DNA from: a virus
Lineage: Duplodnaviria > Caudoviricetes
DNA: 64,000 nt
Direction: 5' to 3' (one strand)
IMG/VR virus record: IMGVR_UViG_3300032270_001445
Coordinates: 21,239-85,238 of that record
The translations under genes were made by a program, and so were the position numbers. Below, in pieces: positions 1 through 9,886 of this stretch. Numbering within the stretch: position 1 is the stretch's first letter; every line of letters begins with the position of its first letter. The notes under the pieces are model-generated. The model saw only the letters and a list, made by a program, of their open reading frames with translations. It was not told where the DNA came from and made no database searches.

Positions 1-1
1 C

Positions 2-3000
2 GCATCCTTCACCGACTGGAGCGCAACCCAGATAACCGGTTTAATGGGATATGGGGATTTTGAGGACTCTGTTTCATACTCCGTACCAATTTACGAGATG
101 GAAGTTCCAACGAGCCCTGTAGAGTCTGGTGCATCGGTAAACAGGCTTCATCTTTATGCTGTATTCAGGACCAAGGACGAAAACGGCAACAAGGTAGCTC
201 TCACCGACCAGAGCGGGAATCCCGTTCAGTATGTCGACTACGATTTCGTTCCAGGCATATGGGCCACTAATGGAAAGATAGTAGAGGCGGCAATTACTGA
301 CGAGCGAGTGGAGACACTCGAGGATGCGGAGCTTTCTGCGGAAGGATTCTGGAAGGAGAACGGCCTCCCGATAGAGTCCTACACATTCGAAATGCGACCG
401 TCAAGCGCCAACGGGACAGCGTATCCAGTTCCTGAGGTCGGCGACGTTATCCCGTTCCTCTGGACGCTTCTCGGGGTTGCGAAGCCGCTGATCGTTAAGG
501 CGGTCCAGGCAAGAATGATGGGAATGGACGTTGTTTATACAATTACTGTTGGTGGTGACATCAGGCTGCAAAGAAGTGCGTTTATCAGGCTAAGCGAAAA
601 GATCAAGGAGCTTGACCAGGTAAACCCAATTCCGCCAAGGCCCGAGACTCCGTCTAGTATTTCCGTTTCCGCAAATGACAAATCGGTATCCCTCGCCTGG
701 ACATTCGACCAAGACGTTGAGGTCAACAAAAACCTTGCGTCTTTCGAGGTCCAGAGGCAGGACGCAATATACAAGGACATCTCAAGTGTATCCAGGTCCG
801 GAAGCACAGTAACAGTCAACACCTCTGACTCCCATGGTCTTGTTGCAAACGATGTTGTAAGGATAGAAATTGAAACCATAGACGAAACCTTACTTACGTT
901 AAACGGTCAGTGGCTTGTTAGCCAGACATACACAAACAGCTTTGAGTATGTTTGCCTTGAGAGCGGCACAGTAGAGGAATCCGAAGTAGACGGACTTGCC
1001 TATTACGCCTTCAACGACTTTAGAACAATTCAAAATACAAATGCCACATATGTGAACGACTCTGGATTGATACCTGCTCTTGGGTATAGGTACAGGGTTC
1101 GCGCCATATCAACCAACGGAACTTTTAGCGGATACTCGGAAGCAACCGCGCCAATTTCTCCTAATACAGTATCACCCGAGCTTCAGGACGGTTCTGTTTC
1201 AATAGAAAAACTTGAGTCAAGCCTTAGACCGTTGCAAATCATTAGCGGCCTCAATCTGCCAGATATAGAAAATATTGCATCCCTAAGATCTATTTACCCT
1301 GAGGGAATGATTGTTTACCACCTCGGCGGGACACCACCAGGACTGAGGAAGGTCGCTGTCGGGGGCACTTCATGGGAAAACGCAATTAATACCGCAGACA
1401 TTGTTCTTAATTCAATTACCAGCGGATTGATATCCTCTGCGGGAATTGACGCTGGTGTCATAAAGTCTGGAAAGATAACTATCGACTCAAGGTGGGGCGC
1501 AACCCTCGGTACAACAACCGCTGTCTACAAGCATAAGTCCGGTACTGCCGCAACATTGTGGACCGGAACTACGGCCGGGGTTGCGGCAGGGAACCTGGCA
1601 ATCATTGCTGGGGTCGGCGCAGGCTTCGACGGATCAAGGACCATTTCAGCGATAGATGTCCCCACGTCCAGGAAGGTGAAAAACGGCACCACGGGCGCTC
1701 TAAGTCTTGAAAACAAGCACGGGATCTCGCCTGGAGATCTCCTTACGATAGCAGGCGTAGACGCGTCAATGAATCTTACTGGTGTTCCTGTTTCACATAC
1801 AGACGAGTGGATTACCCATAAAACAAAGTGGGGAAGCCTCTCCTCCCTTAGATCGCTTCAGTGGCACCCGTTCGCATCAGGAGACCTAGTTACGGTACTA
1901 AATTCGGACGTTGATGCAAATGTTACAGACGTAGCAATCTCAAGCATTAGCAGCGCGATATCGCTAAAGGCACAAGGAGTTCCTGCTGCGGGCGGAACAG
2001 ATCTTTCCCCGACGGCGGGAACGGATACATACGGAACCCTTGTATCGACAGCGCCCCACTCGATTCTTCCAGGGGATATTGTAAATGTCTCAAACACATC
2101 GACCATGGATGGATCGTCTCGGGTTGCTTACGATTACGGCTCTGAGATTGAGTCTTTTGCAAGGGTTGGCAATGTCGCAACGGTAAGAACAAAGAGATAT
2201 CACGGTATTTCCGCAGCGGAATCGATAAAGGTTTCCGGTCTCGGGGTGGCATTAAATTCTGGAACAACGGCAACAAGAACCAACCTTGAGGTTATAAGGA
2301 CTCAGTCATATACGGTCTCAACAGCAACACCAGCAGCACCGAGCGTTCAGGCGGCAAACATATCGGCAAACACGTCAGGCTCGGTAATGACAGTATCGAT
2401 GCCTCAGGCATCATTGGCCATAGGTGACCTGGTAGCGGTTACTGTTGGTTCGGATACGGCAACAAGCATAACCAATGGAGTAGCATTTGTAGGATCTGTT
2501 TCAACAAATTTTGCTGGCTCTACTACCGGAACGGCCAGCCTTCCCGTGACAGCCAAGGGCGACGTAGTTCTTGTATACGCAGCGTCAGACGGCTCCCTGC
2601 CGTCAACGTCTTCTGCTGGGTGGACTGAGCTTCAATCAATGACGAATGGTAGCCACTATGCGAAGTTGTGGGCAAAAACTATGGGCGACACTCCAGACAC
2701 GTCACTTGCTGTTACCGGTATCTCCACAGCAAGCGCTTCAATCGCTCGGGCATACAGAAACTGCACAGTTCAAACAAGTGCTCAGCAGCTTGCGTCAACT
2801 GGCATGCCGGACTCTCCTTCGGTTTCGGTTTCCATTGAAAATTCAGCGGTTGTTGCGTTTGGAAGCCTTGATGACGATGGAATCTCTTCATCCGCCCCCA
2901 CTGGCTTTGCAAACTATTTAGGAATCCAGTCAAGTTTGCCGGGAACCACCGTGGTCAATGTATACTCTGCAGACAGCCTGGTAAACCCTGTGGGCGCCTT

Positions 3001-5293
3001 GAATCCAGCCATTTGGCCGGGAACGGGCACCGACGACAACGCCGCCGCTACTGTACTTTTGGCGCCACTATCTAGCTGGCAGCGTATTGCAACTCTTCCA
3101 ACAGATCCCGGGGCAGCAATTTTTGTTTACCCAGTAGCATCGCTTCCAGTTCCAGACCTTGTGGTTTCAGGGTTTACCGCTCTGGCAACTGCTGCAGTTG
3201 GAATGATATTTAGACCGGCATCGGGGAGGACGATAGCCTACACGACCCCAGCAACAACTGACTCATTGACGACAAACGGAGACCCTAATCCCCCTGCGAC
3301 AACAACACCGATAGCAAATTCCATGGTGGTTGCAGCCATCGCGCAGGATGATACCCCTCAGACATACACCGCTCCAGCTGGATACTCAAATCTTAGGCAG
3401 GCCTCATCTGGTACTGGGACCTCAAGCGTCAGCGTTGCAATGGCGACCAAGATTGTTGTTGGGTCTGGAGTTTCCGAGGACCCAGGGGTATTTGACGGTG
3501 TGACGAACGAAACATACGGAGCGTTTACGTTTGCCGTATACGACAACAGCACTGAGAAGAGATATGGGATAATTTCCACCGCCCAGCCGAACGGATTTAT
3601 CCCCGGCGACTTCGTGGAAATTGCAGCAACCAGCGCCACCTACAACGGTTCAAGAAAGGTATTGTCAAACCAGGTTTCAGTAACATCGTACTCGGTAACC
3701 AGTAACGTTGTCACCTGCGTGACCGACAAGCCGCACGGATTTATTAACGACGACACCGTTTCAGTTTCCGGGCTTGGCGCACCATATGACGGCTTTTTCC
3801 TTGCAACATCTATTGCTACGACAGGAAATCCACTTACATTCAGCTACTCCCTGACAACCGCAAATGTTGCGAGCAAACCCTCCTCGGGCACGGCGACAAA
3901 CGGAAAAATGTTTACCGTTGCACTAGCTTCTGGGGCAAATACTTCGATCGTCACGACTACGGGAACCGCGACAAATAGATCAACTGTTACCTATGGTATG
4001 ACAGTTTCAGGTGGAACCGCAGGATCTCCTGTCACGCTTGTTCCAATTGGCACCATAGTTTCTGGTGCCAAAATAGACAATGGGAAGACTATTGTAATAT
4101 CTGGATTGACTGCAGCGAATCAGGCTCTTGCCTCTGCTGGCGCTGGCGCTGATGCAAACAACTACAGGACAATCAACTACACGCATCCGTCGTCTACCTC
4201 AACTCCATACTCGCTCGTTCAGCTCACAAGCTCGACCAACGCAGATGGCTATGGAAACGCAACTACGGGCAAGACAATCAGGATTGCAGGCATTTCATCT
4301 GGGGATATTTCACCCCAAAGTGACACAAACGGTACGGTGGCAAACGGGAAGGTCATAAGATTTACTGGCGGAAGCGGAAATGTGGCATTTGCGCAGGTTA
4401 CGCCTGCCGGATCAATCGAGACGAAGTCAGACACTAATGCCATACAGTCACCGAACTTTACCGTTGACTTTAATGGAAATGTTACTGCTTCAAGCATAGA
4501 TATCACGGGTGGCGCATTTACCGGCGGTTCAATAGATCTTGGAAACGGAACGTTTACTGTTGACAACAGTGGTTCCGTTTCAGCAAGCGACATATCTATT
4601 ACTGATGGGTTCATAAACCTTGGCGGAGAGTTTGTTGCCTATACCACCGGAGAGGTTCAGGCCACAAACATGAACATTACCGGTGGCGGGATAAACATCG
4701 GGAGCGGAAAATTTGTCGTCAACGGATCGGGTGAAATGACCGCAGTTGGGCCAATTCTTGATAATCTGGTAATTAACCCGGACGGAGAGCCAGCGCTTCT
4801 AGTTTCAGCAAACGCTGCCGAGGGGGACTTTGCGGTTCCTACCAACAATAGGATCGACCTTGGGCATTGGGCTGCGGGTAGTCCGGGGACGTTTACGCCA
4901 AGATTGAGAGTTAACAGCTCGGGAAACACGCAGGCAAGCGGGTCAATTACTGGAGGTCAAACACTAACCGCTTCGGATATTAACTACAAGCACAGCATAG
5001 AGGAGTACTCGATAGACCCTTCGTCAATCGATAAGATAAATTTGTATTCTTTTGAATGGAACAATCAGAAGATCAAGGATGATGGTTACATTGGCGGGGG
5101 CGATGGCAGGGTTATTGGTGTTATCGCCCAGGAGATTGAAGAGCATCTACCAGTTGCGTTTTCTCCGGCAGACAGTGATTCAATGGCCACCGTAAGCACT
5201 CAGCACCTTATCTACGCACTGATCGAGACATCAAAAGACCTTAGGGCTAGGCTTGAGCGTGCAGAAAAGAAAATAGCAGAACTAGAAGGCTAG
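2..5293 (+). CDS. Giant tail fibre / receptor-binding protein (FN3-like domain, repeated beta-sandwich modules, C-terminal peptidase-S74-type intramolecular chaperone); 5'-truncated
   Basis: Frame is open back to nt 2. FN3-like PETPSSISVSANDKSVSLAW...YRYRVRAISTNG; Ser/Thr/Gly-rich body; C-terminal DINYKHSIEE...LYSFEWN...GVIAQEIEEHLP followed by a coiled coil. Confidence 0.85.
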   Translation, partial: ASFTDWSATQITGLMGYGDFEDSVSYSVPIYEMEVPTSPVESGASVNRLHLYAVFRTKDENGNKVALTDQSGNPVQYVDYDFVPGIWATNGKIVEAAITDERVETLEDAELSAEGFWKENGLPIESYTFEMRPSSANGTAYPVPEVGDVIPFLWTLLGVAKPLIVKAVQARMMGMDVVYTITVGGDIRLQRSAFIRLSEKIKELDQVNPIPPRPETPSSISVSANDKSVSLAWTFDQDVEVNKNLASFEVQRQDAIYKDISSVSRSGSTVTVNTSDSHGLVANDVVRIEIETIDETLLTLNGQWLVSQTYTNSFEYVCLESGTVEESEVDGLAYYAFNDFRTIQNTNATYVNDSGLIPALGYRYRVRAISTNGTFSGYSEATAPISPNTVSPELQDGSVSIEKLESSLRPLQIISGLNLPDIENIASLRSIYPEGMIVYHLGGTPPGLRKVAVGGTSWENAINTADIVLNSITSGLISSAGIDAGVIKSGKITIDSRWGATLGTTTAVYKHKSGTAATLWTGTTAGVAAGNLAIIAGVGAGFDGSRTISAIDVPTSRKVKNGTTGALSLENKHGISPGDLLTIAGVDASMNLTGVPVSHTDEWITHKTKWGSLSSLRSLQWHPFASGDLVTVLNSDVDANVTDVAISSISSAISLKAQGVPAAGGTDLSPTAGTDTYGTLVSTAPHSILPGDIVNVSNTSTMDGSSRVAYDYGSEIESFARVGNVATVRTKRYHGISAAESIKVSGLGVALNSGTTATRTNLEVIRTQSYTVSTATPAAPSVQAANISANTSGSVMTVSMPQASLAIGDLVAVTVGSDTATSITNGVAFVGSVSTNFAGSTTGTASLPVTAKGDVVLVYAASDGSLPSTSSAGWTELQSMTNGSHYAKLWAKTMGDTPDTSLAVTGISTASASIARAYRNCTVQTSAQQLASTGMPDSPSVSVSIENSAVVAFGSLDDDGISSSAPTGFANYLGIQSSLPGTTVVNVYSADSLVNPVGALNPAIWPGTGTDDNAAATVLLAPLSSWQRIATLPTDPGAAIFVYPVASLPVPDLVVSGFTALATAAVGMIFRPASGRTIAYTTPATTDSLTTNGDPNPPATTTPIANSMVVAAIAQDDTPQTYTAPAGYSNLRQASSGTGTSSVSVAMATKIVVGSGVSEDPGVFDGVTNETYGAFTFAVYDNSTEKRYGIISTAQPNGFIPGDFVEIAATSATYNGSRKVLSNQVSVTSYSVTSNVVTCVTDKPHGFINDDTVSVSGLGAPYDGFFLATSIATTGNPLTFSYSLTTANVASKPSSGTATNGKMFTVALASGANTSIVTTTGTATNRSTVTYGMTVSGGTAGSPVTLVPIGTIVSGAKIDNGKTIVISGLTAANQALASAGAGADANNYRTINYTHPSSTSTPYSLVQLTSSTNADGYGNATTGKTIRIAGISSGDISPQSDTNGTVANGKVIRFTGGSGNVAFAQVTPAGSIETKSDTNAIQSPNFTVDFNGNVTASSIDITGGAFTGGSIDLGNGTFTVDNSGSVSASDISITDGFINLGGEFVAYTTGEVQATNMNITGGGINIGSGKFVVNGSGEMTAVGPILDNLVINPDGEPALLVSANAAEGDFAVPTNNRIDLGHWAAGSPGTFTPRLRVNSSGNTQASGSITGGQTLTASDINYKHSIEEYSIDPSSIDKINLYSFEWNNQKIKDDGYIGGGDGRVIGVIAQEIEEHLPVAFSPADSDSMATVSTQHLIYALIETSKDLRARLERAEKKIAELEG

Positions 5294-5356
5294 AAACAGC
5301 TTGCTGTGAACTGTATACTAACATTGCTCCAGACGGGGCTATAGTTAGGGGGTTTC

Positions 5357-5980
5357 ATGAAGTTCAAGGTAAAGTCTCAGCTTGACCACGAGGAAAAGGG
5401 CGGAATTCTTGACGACTGCGGGCCATCAAGTGTAGCCGCCGCTGTTTCCTGGGTTTTTCAGTACGAAGCGGGCAAGGATTTCTCTGCAGCGCAGGGCATC
5501 GCCGCCAAGGAAAAGGCAACCGGGCACAAGGATAAGCAAGGGGTCTCAGACAACGGATCTTCCCTTGGAGACCTCATGAAGGCCGCCAGGGTGCTTGGTG
5601 CTAATGCCCGCTTTGCAAAGGACTGGTCTGATGTTGTGAAGAGCTGCGAGAATGGCGCCGCTCTGATTGTTTGGGTTCAGCAGCCAATCGGATATCCCAA
5701 GGAGTTAGAGGTTAGCGCCTGGCACGCAGGCTGGGCATCTTACTGGTCCAAGAAGGACAAGACGCACATCACTCAGGGATATGGTCACATGACCGCCGCC
5801 GCATGGGATGCGGTTGAGGGGTGGCAGTGGGCCTGTCCAACGCGATCAGGCAAGGGCAAGGAGCAGTTCGGCGTCAAGGTTACAGAGGCCCAGCTGAAGG
5901 CAATTGCCGACTCAAAGCGTGCCTCCGGCGAGCACAATGCCCCTCCGTTCCAGCACGTCATCATCATAGAGAAGAAGTAG
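5357..5980 (+). CDS. C39-like cysteine peptidase, probable endolysin
   Basis: DDCGPSS catalytic Cys motif, GYGHMTAA His motif; lies between tail fibre and holin-like gene. Confidence 0.7.
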   Translation: MKFKVKSQLDHEEKGGILDDCGPSSVAAAVSWVFQYEAGKDFSAAQGIAAKEKATGHKDKQGVSDNGSSLGDLMKAARVLGANARFAKDWSDVVKSCENGAALIVWVQQPIGYPKELEVSAWHAGWASYWSKKDKTHITQGYGHMTAAAWDAVEGWQWACPTRSGKGKEQFGVKVTEAQLKAIADSKRASGEHNAPPFQHVIIIEKK

Positions 5981-5995
5981 AGAGGATTTTGAATA

Positions 5996-6373
5996 ATGAT
6001 TAAGAACGCAGTTCTTTGGCTTGTGAACAACACTGGTATTGACGAGATGCTTTTGGAGGCCGCAAGAGCCTTCCTTGCCGTCTCAATCGCGGTTGCCCTT
6101 GGGTTGGGCGTGCCGCTTCTTGATATCTCTGACGGGGACTTCCGAATGGTTATGTCGGCCGGTCTTGCTGCGTGCCTCCAGGTAATCGTGCGAGCCCTCA
6201 ACCCGGAGGACGCAAAGTTTGGCGTCGGCAAGGCAAAGGCCTTTAAGGCGGAGCAGAATTCCACCTCCCACATCTCAGGGTCGGCGATCGACACCGATGG
6301 TGACGGGATCGCGGACGAGCTTGCTGGTAGCCTGGCGAACGAAGCGTATGAAGACGACGCATCACAGAAGTAA
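5996..6373 (+). CDS. Holin-like membrane protein with acidic C-tail
   Basis: Two hydrophobic segments (AFLAVSIAVALGLGVPLL; MVMSAGLAACLQVIV), follows the peptidase. Confidence 0.6.
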   Translation: MIKNAVLWLVNNTGIDEMLLEAARAFLAVSIAVALGLGVPLLDISDGDFRMVMSAGLAACLQVIVRALNPEDAKFGVGKAKAFKAEQNSTSHISGSAIDTDGDGIADELAGSLANEAYEDDASQK

Positions 6374-6429
6374 TCTGCTATACTCAGAAAACGGTCAATT
6401 GACCGAGTTTTTGAGAAGGGGTATAAAGA

Positions 6430-6579
6430 ATGTCAGGAAAGAAGATCGCAAAGAAGCCAGTAGCAAAGAAGCCTGCTGCGAAGCCGAAGCCTGCTGCAAA
6501 GCCTGCCAAGAAGGCTCCCGCGAAAAAGAATGCGGTAGCTAAGGGCGGCGGGATTCTAGGCAAGATTTTCGGTAAGTAA
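6430..6579 (+). CDS. 49-aa Lys/Ala/Pro-rich (histone H1-like) peptide with amphipathic C-terminus
   Basis: Manual translation MSGKKIAKKPVAKKPAAKPKPAAKPAKKAPAKKNAVAKGGGILGKIFGK; purine-rich RBS; TGcTATACT extended -10 at 6376-6384; terminator downstream. Confidence 0.75.
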   Translation: MSGKKIAKKPVAKKPAAKPKPAAKPAKKAPAKKNAVAKGGGILGKIFGK

Positions 6580-6606
6580 TACGAGGGGGCCCGAGACCCC
6601 TCCCAC

Positions 6607-6645
6607 AAGAGGCCCTGGTGTCGCCCCACCAGGGCCTCTTTATTT
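6607..6645 (+). terminator. Intrinsic terminator closing the tail/lysis unit
   Basis: aagaggccctggtg-tcgccc-caccagggcctctt followed by tattt. Confidence 0.75.
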
Positions 6646-6741
6646 CCACCAACACATCCGTGTATGTATGTGGACAACTATTCGCGTAGGTGTTATGCTT
6701 ACACTGCAGGGAACGTCCTGCCGAATAGACAAGGAGAAGAT

Positions 6742-6996
6742 ATGTCCGTAGACGAGATCTTGGACGAAATGAGGAGCAGCTTCGTTAAGAAGGGGCCTCA
6801 GTGCAGCGTTGGGCTGATCTTCACGTCGCTCGGTGGCGATGAACGGGAGGCTTTGGAAAAGGCGCTGTTGGACTCAACCATTGAGCTTGTTGCCGTCTCT
6901 AGATGGCTGCTCAAGAACGGGCATGACGCCAAGCCGCATACGCTTGGGCGCCATCGCCGAAAGGAATGTCGGTGCGATCAATGGCTAACCCGCTAG
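6742..6996 (+). CDS. Small helical protein ending in HxxxECxC (putative Zn/DNA-binding)
   Basis: AAGGAG RBS before ATG 6742; LGRHRRKECRC tail. Confidence 0.6.
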   Translation: MSVDEILDEMRSSFVKKGPQCSVGLIFTSLGGDEREALEKALLDSTIELVAVSRWLLKNGHDAKPHTLGRHRRKECRCDQWLTR

Positions 6997-8186
6997 ACGA
7001 CATAAAGGCGGTTCAGAGCGAACTGCAGGCTGAAAGAAAGCCAAAGCGTCAACACGCAGAGGGCTGGGAGCCAGGGGTGTCGTGGAATGGCAACGAGGGA
7101 ACAGTCACGACAAATGGCATGCCCGCAGAGAATGCACCAGACTGGGACACCGTTCTTCGCGTGTGGGGCCTAGACCCTGCAGGCTTTGAGGTTGTAGAGC
7201 CGGTCCTCTTTAACGTCTGGGGTGACACTCTTGGGGTGTTAAACCGCCAGTGGAAGGGCAAGGTTGTCCGCAAGACTGCCGAGATGGGCGCTGATGTTCA
7301 GGACATTATTGAAGAGATAAGGAAGCACAAGTTTGCCCGTCCAGTCGTCTCGGAGAATGGCTCCGCTCTTGTGGTTGCCATATCCGACCTCCAGCTTGGC
7401 AAGGGGGAGAACGGCGGAAGCCTAAAGATCGCAGGGAGATTCCTTGCCGGGATCAACGAGGTAGAGGCGAGATGGAAGGAGCTGAGGAAGCTTGGCGCAC
7501 CTCTATCGAAACTCATCGTTGTTGGCCTCGGGGACATTATTGAAAACTGTGACGGCCACTACGACATGCAGGCATTCCAGGCGGACCTAGACCGAAGGGA
7601 GCAGGTAACTGTTGCAAGGCGCCTTATTACTAAGGCGCTGACCCAGTGGTCAAAGTTTGCCCCAGAGGTCCTTGTTGCCTGCGTTCCTGGCAACCACGGG
7701 GAAAACAGGAAGAACGGCAAGGCGTTCACGACGTTCGGCGACAACGATGACGTGGCAGTATTTGAGCAGGTCGCCGAGATACTTGCAGCAAACCCAGAGG
7801 CATATGGGCACGTAAAGTTCATTATCCCAAAGAACGATCTCACCGTCACGCTGGACGTGTACGGGACGATCATTGCCCTCGCCCACGGCCATCAGGCGCG
7901 TAGGGGCGGCGGAAACGCGACTGGGAAGATTGAGAACTGGTGGGCACGACAGGCGCTTGGGATGCAGCCGATATCGGACGCAACCCTGCTCCTTACGGGG
8001 CACTACCATCATCTTGCCCTTGCAACGCACGGAGCGAGAACGCACATACAGGCGCCAAGCCTTGATGGCGGATCTCAGTGGTACAAGGAAGTTGCTGGCG
8101 TTGACGCGCCCACTGGAATGCTGACGCTAGTCGTTGGCAATTTTGGGTGGGATGACCTAAAAGTTCTTAGGTGCAGGATCGATTAA
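6981..8186 (+). CDS. Calcineurin-like metallophosphoesterase (Mre11/SbcD-like fold)
   Basis: Motifs ISDLQ, GLGDIIE, GNHGE, AHGH, GHYHH. Confidence 0.8.
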   Translation: MANPLDDIKAVQSELQAERKPKRQHAEGWEPGVSWNGNEGTVTTNGMPAENAPDWDTVLRVWGLDPAGFEVVEPVLFNVWGDTLGVLNRQWKGKVVRKTAEMGADVQDIIEEIRKHKFARPVVSENGSALVVAISDLQLGKGENGGSLKIAGRFLAGINEVEARWKELRKLGAPLSKLIVVGLGDIIENCDGHYDMQAFQADLDRREQVTVARRLITKALTQWSKFAPEVLVACVPGNHGENRKNGKAFTTFGDNDDVAVFEQVAEILAANPEAYGHVKFIIPKNDLTVTLDVYGTIIALAHGHQARRGGGNATGKIENWWARQALGMQPISDATLLLTGHYHHLALATHGARTHIQAPSLDGGSQWYKEVAGVDAPTGMLTLVVGNFGWDDLKVLRCRID

Positions 8187-8518
8187 CGCTCAAGCCTCTC
8201 TGCCCTAAGAAGCAGGTGATGACGAATGGCCTCGAAGTCCAGTCCAATGACTCGGAACTCGAGGCCATTTGTTTCCAGCCTGTCGTTGACTTTTGGCTTT
8301 TCTCTTCCCTCAAGATAGGGAGTCCAAAACCTATACACCTGTCGCGAGGTCGGTCCGGTTGCGGTTGCGTTATCTCGGCTGCCATCCTCACGGAGCGACT
8401 GGTAGTGGCAGTTCTTGACCCATATGATCTCGTCAGTGGTAATCGGCGTACCGTCTGCCGCCTGGCTGGCAGTCCCCTTCCTCTTCAGCGTGACCCGAGC
8501 CATGGCTCCTGGGATCAT
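8183..8518 (-). CDS. Head-closure/stopper-like protein
   Basis: Size, position after the adaptor, PKVNDRLETNGLEFRVIG pattern. Confidence 0.55.
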   Translation of the reverse strand: MIPGAMARVTLKRKGTASQAADGTPITTDEIIWVKNCHYQSLREDGSRDNATATGPTSRQVYRFWTPYLEGREKPKVNDRLETNGLEFRVIGLDFEAIRHHLLLRAERLER

Positions 8519-9435
8519 CTGAGGGATACCGAGATGTATTGGTCAAGGATTGCGGCTGCAGTTGGCGGTATTGCCAAGGCCGAGTAGCGACCGCCGACCA
8601 CCTGGGGCAGTCTCTCCATGGTCGTGTCGCCCACGGTAAGCTTGGTAAGAAGCCCCATGCCGGTCTGATAGAGGGAATCTCTAGCGGCAAGGTCAATTGC
8701 AATCATTGCTGTCGCGTCCTTTATCTCGTGAGGAGGCTTCTTGTATCCGTGCTTGTAGGTAATTCTCGCAACTGGTTGGATTAGGCCGAGGGCAACAATT
8801 GCGGGGAAAAGAGAATAGGTCACGTTTGCAAGACTGGTGACCTCAATGTAGTTCTGCGATGTGTTGATAAATAGGTCGCTTAGGTTAAACGTGGCCTTCT
8901 GCTGATTGCTTACAAAAACCTCAACCGAGTCGATGCTGATGATTGGGTTGTTGTATGGGTATACCCTTCTTGAGTTCTGGTTCCAGCTGTGTTGCTCCGT
9001 GGACTCCTTGTATTGAAATGTTATTCCGCAGTAGCTGTCAACCATCGAGGAGGCGACGGCTATCAGGCGCTCAAGGCGATTGTCAGTCGACTCGCTTCCG
9101 TCAGGAAGGGATATAGCCCCAAGCTCATAATCCCTGAACTCTGAGACGGTTAGATACCCAAGCTCTTTGCCCTGGAAGGCTGTGGACCATGCGCTGCTCG
9201 CCGATGAGCTAAATAGGCGATATGCATACCAGTACCCAACGGGGGCGGAGGTGTCGTTGTAGTGGTATATGCCGACGTAGGGGTCAATTGCAGCCGTGCT
9301 TCCGAGATTTGAAAAGGTTCCAGTTTGAGCGTTTGCGTCTGCCTCGTTTGCTGCCCTGCCAATCTGAATATGGGTGTAGGAGGCTGCCGAAGAGGCTGGG
9401 TCGCTGAGGTTGACGGTGACTTTTATCATGTTCAC
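8515..9435 (-). CDS. Head-to-tail adaptor (gp6/gp15-like) with N-terminal extension
   Basis: YLTVSEFR...LIAVASSMVDSYCG...ITYKHGYKKPPHEIKDATAMIA. Confidence 0.75.
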   Translation of the reverse strand: MNMIKVTVNLSDPASSAASYTHIQIGRAANEADANAQTGTFSNLGSTAAIDPYVGIYHYNDTSAPVGYWYAYRLFSSSASSAWSTAFQGKELGYLTVSEFRDYELGAISLPDGSESTDNRLERLIAVASSMVDSYCGITFQYKESTEQHSWNQNSRRVYPYNNPIISIDSVEVFVSNQQKATFNLSDLFINTSQNYIEVTSLANVTYSLFPAIVALGLIQPVARITYKHGYKKPPHEIKDATAMIAIDLAARDSLYQTGMGLLTKLTVGDTTMERLPQVVGGRYSALAIPPTAAAILDQYISVSLR

Positions 9436-9507
9436 ATCCTAAAGCAATGGGGCCCGCAAATCACCTAAATTAGGTCCTGCGAGCCCCATTACAGCTACTG
9501 AGTTTGA

Positions 9508-9825
9508 TTACTCGGACTTGCCGAAGACCTTCTCCAGTTCAGCCTTTTGCGCTGCGGTGAGCTCGTCTGGCTTTGGCGAAGGGGCGTCGGCTTCAACCGT
9601 GCAGCCCTGTGCTACTGCCTGAACGAGGTACTTCGCCTTAATGTTGGCAACGCTGAGGTGGAATCTAGCAAAGGTCCCGTCCCCAAAAACGATTGAGGAA
9701 AGACCGTCATTAGTTCTTACCTTGACAATCTGGTCGTCGGCAACTGCCGCCTTTGCCGCCGTAACGGCCTTCTTGGCAACTGCAGATGAATCTACTACAG
9801 GAGCTTCCTTCTTATCTTCAAACAT
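9508..9825 (-). CDS. Small virion/head-associated protein
   Basis: Between capsid and adaptor genes; GGAG RBS. Confidence 0.55.
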   Translation of the reverse strand: MFEDKKEAPVVDSSAVAKKAVTAAKAAVADDQIVKVRTNDGLSSIVFGDGTFARFHLSVANIKAKYLVQAVAQGCTVEADAPSPKPDELTAAQKAELEKVFGKSE

Positions 9826-9846
9826 TTGATGCTCCCTCTAGCCTCT

Positions 9847-9872
9847 TGGGCCCCAGGTTTCCCTGGGGCCCA
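9847..9872 (-). terminator. GC-rich hairpin (GAAA loop on - strand) after the capsid gene; terminator or mRNA stabiliser
   Basis: tgggccccagg-tttc-cctggggccca; no clear U-tract. Confidence 0.5.
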
Positions 9873-9886
9873 TTTGGCACTTACTA

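Noticed and set aside
6981-8186. Metallophosphoesterase as a novel system
   Set aside because: This family is widespread in phages; the DLQ variant alone is not enough
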